A DNA stretch of 63,003 nt, the filler included. It is 6 parts of 6 records of this genome, joined end to end, with 100 filler letters (N's around TTAATTAATTAA, not from the genome) between each part and the next. Parts side by side here need not be neighbours in the genome. Positions count along the whole stretch, not along the records: positions 53,716 to 63,003 come from SRR9188677_184; 5 more parts are not named here. One strand, 5' to 3'. Both the position numbers and the translations under genes were made by a program. Of the stretch, positions 57,760 to 63,003 are shown one piece after another; position 1 is the first letter of the stretch; each line of letters starts with the position of its first letter. The notes below the pieces were generated by a model that did no database searches, was not told the origin of the DNA, and was given only the letters and a program-made list of their open reading frames with translations.

Positions 57760-58170
57760 TTATTTCATTTCAATAACCGTATCGAGCGAGTGGACTACAC
57801 CATTTGAGCCTTCGCTATCGCGACCCTGCAGCACAGCACCATTGATGGTTACCTTTCCGTCTGTCACTTTCACTGTCAGCTCTCTTCCATTCACTGTTAC
57901 CAACTTCTGATTATCCTGAAAATCTCTGAAGTTTGTAAGCCCTTCTACCACATGGTGGTTCAGTAGTTCGGTAAGTTTTTCTTTATTTTCTGTTTTCAGC
58001 AAAGATTCCATCCTGCCGTGTGCCAACTTACCAAAAGCAATATCTGTAGGGGCAAATATGGTGAATGGTCCTCTTTGAGATAGTACCGTATCAAGACCTG
58101 CAGTTTTTACACTCCTCGACATAGTAGCCAGATTTTTATCTGCTACTACAACATCTACAATATTCGACAT
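57760..58170 (-). CDS. Fasciclin (FAS1) domain protein, copy 1
   Basis: GPFTIFAPTD, HHVV, NGVVHSLD. Confidence 0.93.
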   Translation of the reverse strand: MSNIVDVVVADKNLATMSRSVKTAGLDTVLSQRGPFTIFAPTDIAFGKLAHGRMESLLKTENKEKLTELLNHHVVEGLTNFRDFQDNQKLVTVNGRELTVKVTDGKVTINGAVLQGRDSEGSNGVVHSLDTVIEMK

Positions 58171-58436
58171 GGTAATATGTTTATCCGCTGATAGTATAAC
58201 CGGCGGTACGTGTAATGTAGACCTATTAAACGGATAAAAATTATTTATTATCTATTTGGGAATATCTTCCACGCCTCGATTTTTGATATTTATTTATATC
58301 ATAATCATTTTATTATTGCTGTATATACAAGCACCCGTATGCAGCCCATAGCCACAGCCTGTGCAGCACAAAAAAGCCCGCACCGCCCCAAACGGTGGCA
58401 GCATATATTGCAATCAGGAAAAAGTAACTGAGCGTA

Positions 58437-58847
58437 TTAGCGGATGTCTATCACGGCATCCAGCAGGTGTACCACACCATTCGTGCCTTCGGTATCGTGC
58501 GCCTGCACAATGGCACCGTTTATTATCACCTTGTCTTTTACAATCTTCACCGTCAGCTCTTTGCCACTCATAGTGGTAAGCGTCTGATTGTCTGTAAGGT
58601 CTTTGTAATTGATGATGCCTGCTACTACGTGATGCGTCAGCAGCTCTGTGAGTTTGCTTTTATTCTCGGCACGTTGCAGATGCTCCAGCCTGCCGCCTAC
58701 CAGCTTGCCAAAAGCAACATCCGTAGGTGCAAAAACAGTAAAAGGTCCTTGCTGAGAAAGTATAGTGTCCAGTCCGGCAGTCTTCACACTTCTCAATAGG
58801 GTAGTCAATTTTTTTTCGGCCACCACAACATCTACAATATTCGACAT
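58437..58847 (-). CDS. Fasciclin (FAS1) domain protein, copy 2
   Basis: GPFTVFAPTD, NGVVHLLD; start reset to MSNIVD, giving 136 aa like copy 1. Confidence 0.93.
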   Translation of the reverse strand: MSNIVDVVVAEKKLTTLLRSVKTAGLDTILSQQGPFTVFAPTDVAFGKLVGGRLEHLQRAENKSKLTELLTHHVVAGIINYKDLTDNQTLTTMSGKELTVKIVKDKVIINGAIVQAHDTEGTNGVVHLLDAVIDIR

Positions 58848-58959
58848 GGTATTCACTTTACCCGTCGGTTGCATTACCGACAGTAAATGCAAGTTACGCC
58901 TAATAAACGGATAAAAATTATTTATTATTTATTTATGATATGGTGATGTGTGCCCCACC

Positions 58960-59006
58960 CACCTGTTCACCTGTTCGGATTGTGAACACCTGAACACCCG
59001 AACAAT
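58960..59006. repeat. Inverted octamer-periodic repeats
   Basis: ACCTGTTC x2, spacer, then GAACACCT GAACACCC GAACAA. Confidence 0.7.
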
Positions 59007-59167
59007 TTGCATGATTGAAAAAGGCTAATTGCACGGCTATAGCTTATACATACACGCTTATTGTTTTTATAAACACAGATACCTAATCTTTATTTCTTAA
59101 AACCCATACATCTACTACATTCAATAAAAATTAACCGGTTTATCACTAACATCTAAAAAGCAATTTT

Positions 59168-59623
59168 ATGAAAAAGCAATTATTAGCGGTCGTATTTACA
59201 TTACTATGCATTTCCTCTTTCACCAAAGCAAAAGCGCAGTTGATAGAGACGTTTCCTTTGTGTTATAATTTAGACTACGGCTTACCTATGAGTAGCGTTG
59301 GCGCAAGCTACTACCCGATAACCATTTGCCTGTCTGTAGAAACATTGCCAAACCCTATAACAGGCACACCCGGTTCAGTAACGTATATGTGCCATACCTA
59401 CACATCCTTCGGAGATACGTATTGCTTTCCGGCACCCGACCCTACACCGGGTTTAGTCTTCAGAGTGTTAGACATCACTGTTACTACACCACACTTTTCA
59501 TTCACTGCTCCTTATAGTCACACTCCCATCACCAGACGCATTGGTACGCTGGGATTGGTGTTTCAATTTATCGATGGTGTATGGAGATTTGGTTACCAAG
59601 GCTTCACAGACATACCAGAATAA
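59168..59623 (+). CDS. Secreted hypothetical protein
   Basis: Sec signal ending AKA-Q; 4 Cys in the mature part; Pro/Thr-rich. Confidence 0.65.
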   Translation: MKKQLLAVVFTLLCISSFTKAKAQLIETFPLCYNLDYGLPMSSVGASYYPITICLSVETLPNPITGTPGSVTYMCHTYTSFGDTYCFPAPDPTPGLVFRVLDITVTTPHFSFTAPYSHTPITRRIGTLGLVFQFIDGVWRFGYQGFTDIPE

Positions 59624-59755
59624 GCATAACCGAAGTATACAATTTCATAAGGGGCCATTGTGCCCCTTTGTTATTTTATAATACTCCAAAGAGCGCCGAT
59701 AATAGTAGTAAAAGACCTAACTGTAAGAAATACTCACACTAATACCGTGAGATTA

Positions 59756-59819
59756 TTCCAAGATTCTCATTTTCCAGAATTCCAGCTTTCTAGAATTCTA
59801 GAATGGGAATATTCTACAC
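59756..59819. repeat. Octamer-periodic repeat upstream of Fic gene
   Basis: TTCCAAGA TTCTCATT TTCCAGAA TTCCAGCT TTCTAGAA TTCTAGAA TGGGAATA TTCTACAC. Confidence 0.8.
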
Positions 59820-59860
59820 TCGGCAAGATTATATTAGCTTTATAGTGCTAAATCAACAAT

Positions 59861-61204
59861 ATGGTAAGCCAAAACTTAAAATCTACCATAAACAGATTGT
59901 ATCAAGAACTACAATCCTACCCACCATTATCTAAGGAACAAAGTGATATCCTAAGTGAGAAGATACGCCTTGAATTTCACTATAATACCAACCATATAGA
60001 GGGTAATACACTCACATACGGAGAAACAAAACTGTATTTCCTCTTCGATCAGCTTGAAGGTGGACATACGATGCGAGAGTATGAAGAAATGGGAGCAAGT
60101 GATGTAGCGTATAAACTTGTACAGGAACTGGCAGCAGATAAAGAACGTCCTATAACAGAGGCTTTCATTAAAAACCTGAATGAAGTATTATTAGTTCGTC
60201 CTTATTGGAAAGATGCTGAAACTCCTGATGGACAATTAACAAAACGTCAGATATTAGTAGGTGACTATAAAAAACATCCAAACCATGTGCGTCTAGCTAA
60301 TGGTGAAATATTCAGGTATGCCAATCCTGATGAAGTACCATTTAAAATGCAGGAGTTATTAGATTGGTACAGAGAAGCAGAAACAAAAGGAGAATATACA
60401 CCTTATGAATTGGCAGCTATTCTGCATCACAGATTTGTACTGATACATCCTTTTGATGATGGTAACGGACGTATATCTCGCTTGTTGGTAAACTATGTAT
60501 TATTAAAGCATAATTACCCACCTGTTATAATTAAATCGGCAGATAAAACAAGTTACCTGCGTGCGCTCAACCAAGCCGATGTAGGCAATATTGCTGCTTT
60601 TTGTGAATATGTAGGAGAGCAATTAATCTGGTCATTAGAACTATGCATAAAAGCAGCTAATAATGAATCGCTTGATGAAGAAGATGATTGGAAGAAAAAA
60701 CTAGCGTTATTAGATAGAGAATTAGCAACTAATAAGGAAATAAAGCTAAAGAAAACTACTACAATAGTATTAAAACTATTAAAAGAAAATATCCTACCAA
60801 TAATGGTTGATATATTTCAAGGTATGGGTGTTTATAAGCAATACTTTTTAAGTATACTTCCTTTTTATCGTAGTAGAGAAACTCTGCAATTTTTGCTTAC
60901 CAGAAGTACATCAGACTACGAATATATCAAAGACAATATTATTTATTTTGAAGATGAGTTAAATCTAATATTATCTTTTTCAGACTTTACTAAAAACGGT
61001 ACTAATACATTTAGCTTAGGTCTAATTATCAGTTTCTCTTTTGAAGATTATTCATATAAAACTATAGTTGAAGGCAAACCAATATTTACAAAAATGTATC
61101 ACGAAAATTTTGAATTAGATGAAGTAAAAAAACTGGTAAGTATTTGTGGAGATACTGTATTAAATATGATAAATGATAAACTCAAATCAGTTAATAACAA
61201 ATAA
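59861..61204 (+). CDS. Fic family protein (class II) with unknown C-terminal domain
   Basis: HPFDDGNGRISR catalytic motif; N-terminal TNHIEGN inhibitory motif. Confidence 0.93.
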   Translation: MVSQNLKSTINRLYQELQSYPPLSKEQSDILSEKIRLEFHYNTNHIEGNTLTYGETKLYFLFDQLEGGHTMREYEEMGASDVAYKLVQELAADKERPITEAFIKNLNEVLLVRPYWKDAETPDGQLTKRQILVGDYKKHPNHVRLANGEIFRYANPDEVPFKMQELLDWYREAETKGEYTPYELAAILHHRFVLIHPFDDGNGRISRLLVNYVLLKHNYPPVIIKSADKTSYLRALNQADVGNIAAFCEYVGEQLIWSLELCIKAANNESLDEEDDWKKKLALLDRELATNKEIKLKKTTTIVLKLLKENILPIMVDIFQGMGVYKQYFLSILPFYRSRETLQFLLTRSTSDYEYIKDNIIYFEDELNLILSFSDFTKNGTNTFSLGLIISFSFEDYSYKTIVEGKPIFTKMYHENFELDEVKKLVSICGDTVLNMINDKLKSVNNK

Positions 61205-61212
61205 TCTAGTTT

Positions 61213-61278
61213 TTCTCATTTTTATACAATTCCAAGATTCTAGAAATCTAGAATCTTGGAATTTTCTGTATTCTACAA
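61213..61278. repeat. Octamer-periodic repeat with perfect 17-bp inverted repeat, downstream of Fic
   Basis: AATTCCAAGATTCTAGA-AA-TCTAGAATCTTGGAATT at 61228-61263; imperfect direct repeat of 59756-59819. Confidence 0.82.
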
Positions 61279-62706
61279 TCAGCGTCTAGGGCAGTGTCTG
61301 TTTATCCAACTATATACAGTAGATACTTTCGCACCTCTGAATAAATCTATCGCTATATCCTTTACCTTTTTGCCAAGAAGGTATTGCCTGCAACACTCAT
61401 CTATTTCAGACTGCTTGCTTCTGTATTCAGGTTTCTCGCTCAGTGTCTGCTTTATGCTCTGCACAGGCTCTACCTCTTCAAACACTTTCAGGCTGTATTG
61501 CAGCAGCCATACGGTTATCTCAAACGCCAGTTCAAAATCTCTGTCCTGACAGGTGATGACGCCCTCGTAGGGTTGTTCATCGTCCATACGGCGCAGCATG
61601 CTCAGTATCATGGCTATGCGAAAGAAGATGTTGCCCATGCGGTGTATGGTGCCATCCAGCTTGTCGCTGATGTTGGTGCGTATATCGCGCTTGCGTTCGG
61701 CCATGGCGGCGGCAAAGCGTTGCTGCTGTGCATCGCTGAGGCGAAACTCGATGGGTTGTTGCAATAGTTCCAGCTGCTTGTACACTGCCAGCCATAGTAT
61801 GCCCATATTGGTAACGATGGGTTTGCGGTTGTTGCGCATGGCAAGGAAGGGATAGAGAAACTCGTCTGTGCCCTGTAGTATGTAGTAGCAAAAGCGGCTG
61901 AAGAGACCGTTCTCTGCCGATGGTATGAGGTCTGTCAGCTGATCGTGTGTGCCGCTGAGTACAATGCTGAATTCGGGGCTGCTGATTTCGCACTCCTCGC
62001 GGTTGGTTTTGCGCACCAGGCTCACCGTTTCGTGGTGGAAGGCTTTGCGTAGTATGTCGCTGAAATTGTTGTCGCCACTGCGCAGCATCTCTGCCAGCGA
62101 GTCGCTCTCTGTCTCGAATATGATGCCCCTGCCCTCGTTTTGTTCCATCTGCATAATGAGTGCGGCTTTGGTACTGTTGGCGGGTATAAACAGGCGCAGC
62201 ATTTTGGGCTCGGCAGGTGGTGCGGGTGGTTCGGCACGCTTGCCCTGCTCGTATAGTTTGCGTTGCTGTTCGTACACATCGCGCTGCTGCAGGTAGCTGC
62301 GTTGCATATCCTGTGCCTGTTGCCGGCGATACTGGTGTATGGGTTCGCCCAGGTGTCGGCACAAACCAAGTACACCCTTGCCCAGCCCGTAGCGGCCCAG
62401 TACATAGCAATACAGGTTGGGGCGCAGTGCATCGCCCATGTAGTAGCCAAATACATTGGGCATACAACCACTGAGCACACCGAGCGCACCTACCAGAAAG
62501 GCTTCTTTCTCTTGTTGCTCTTGCAGTGTATCCAGCGATACAGACAGGATGGCGGGTAGTGATGTGAATACTTCGGGCAGCAGATAGCGAAAGTCTGAAA
62601 CATACTGTTCGCCTGCTTGTTGGCGTTCGCGGGCTTCGTCGCTGCGTTTGCGTGCTTCTTCAAATCGTCGCTGGTTCTCTTCCAGCTCTTCATAGGATTT
62701 TTCCAT
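61279..62706 (-). CDS. DUF3987 family P-loop protein with C-terminal HTH-like segment
   Basis: PNLY...G..G.GKG, IPANST, FETESDSL, LRKAFHHE, LSGT, ENGLFSRF. Confidence 0.8.
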   Translation of the reverse strand: MEKSYEELEENQRRFEEARKRSDEARERQQAGEQYVSDFRYLLPEVFTSLPAILSVSLDTLQEQQEKEAFLVGALGVLSGCMPNVFGYYMGDALRPNLYCYVLGRYGLGKGVLGLCRHLGEPIHQYRRQQAQDMQRSYLQQRDVYEQQRKLYEQGKRAEPPAPPAEPKMLRLFIPANSTKAALIMQMEQNEGRGIIFETESDSLAEMLRSGDNNFSDILRKAFHHETVSLVRKTNREECEISSPEFSIVLSGTHDQLTDLIPSAENGLFSRFCYYILQGTDEFLYPFLAMRNNRKPIVTNMGILWLAVYKQLELLQQPIEFRLSDAQQQRFAAAMAERKRDIRTNISDKLDGTIHRMGNIFFRIAMILSMLRRMDDEQPYEGVITCQDRDFELAFEITVWLLQYSLKVFEEVEPVQSIKQTLSEKPEYRSKQSEIDECCRQYLLGKKVKDIAIDLFRGAKVSTVYSWINRHCPRR

Positions 62707-63003
62707 TGGTGAAGGTTTTAAAGGTGATTAATTAACTTGCACAAATGTACAAATAATTTTAACATTATGATGTAAAGATGTTATCAACAGGATGTTGGTA
62801 TTGATGTGGAATTGGTATTCTATTTTGTTCATTTTTGCTTGGCTCTTCGCGAGGCTTTTTCGTTCTCTTTGGGCTTTTGTACTGTACTCAGCCTCTCTTT
62901 CTTTTTGCTTGTTTCTTTGCGCGTCTTTTGCAGCACGCATGCCTGCGCTTCCTTTCTTTTTGCATACTCTTCGCGAGCCTTTACTTTCTTTTTCCGCAAA
63001 AAG

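Noticed and set aside
61577-62467. 296-aa alternative-frame ORF within DUF3987
   Set aside because: Thr/Arg/Ala-rich shadow frame with no motifs.
62728-63003. 70-aa basic ORF and repeated CTCTTCGCGAG at the window end
   Set aside because: Low-complexity, truncated context; cannot support a gene or element end.

Overview
This window is not one locus. It is six unrelated contigs joined by 100-nt artificial linkers (N44-TTAATTAATTAA-N44), so synteny must not be read across linkers. (1) 1-13830: AT-rich Bacteroidota (Cytophagales-like); IorAB-type Mo-oxidoreductase, a 3-gene SdpAB/HTTM-type putative peptide-maturation operon, transporters, and an HD/Pycsar-effector-type fusion. (2) 13931-20268: GC-rich Rhodobacteraceae-like; DsbA/FrnE, acyl-CoA ligase, XRE-cupin, a Csp3-like copper protein with a poly-acidic tail, entericidin, YejA-like SBP, a probable ~75-nt sRNA, bdhA. 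(3) 20369-40334: Cytophagales-like core (gldE-ssb-mutY-HU-TPR-bS22-RNase E/G, rseP-dxr, nuoKLM) with an inserted EVE-domain McrBC. (4) 40435-50250: Chitinophagaceae-like; membrane PPase, BlaI/M56 with tandem operators, T9SS adhesin plus PorP/SprF, WbqC, LEA_2. (5) 50351-53615: Comamonadaceae-like; M14 peptidase and YbaL. (6) 53716-63003: Bacteroidota accessory region; PAS-HisKA protein, GT14 glycosyltransferase, duplicated fasciclins, a Fic gene bracketed by octamer-periodic palindromic repeats, and DUF3987. The best candidate for an undescribed system is the operon at 2905-5068 (precursor-like protein plus SdpA-like and SdpB/HTTM-like membrane proteins) with its long, terminator-containing leader. 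All calls come from motif recognition by eye; no database search was run, and taxonomic labels are inferences from composition and gene content.
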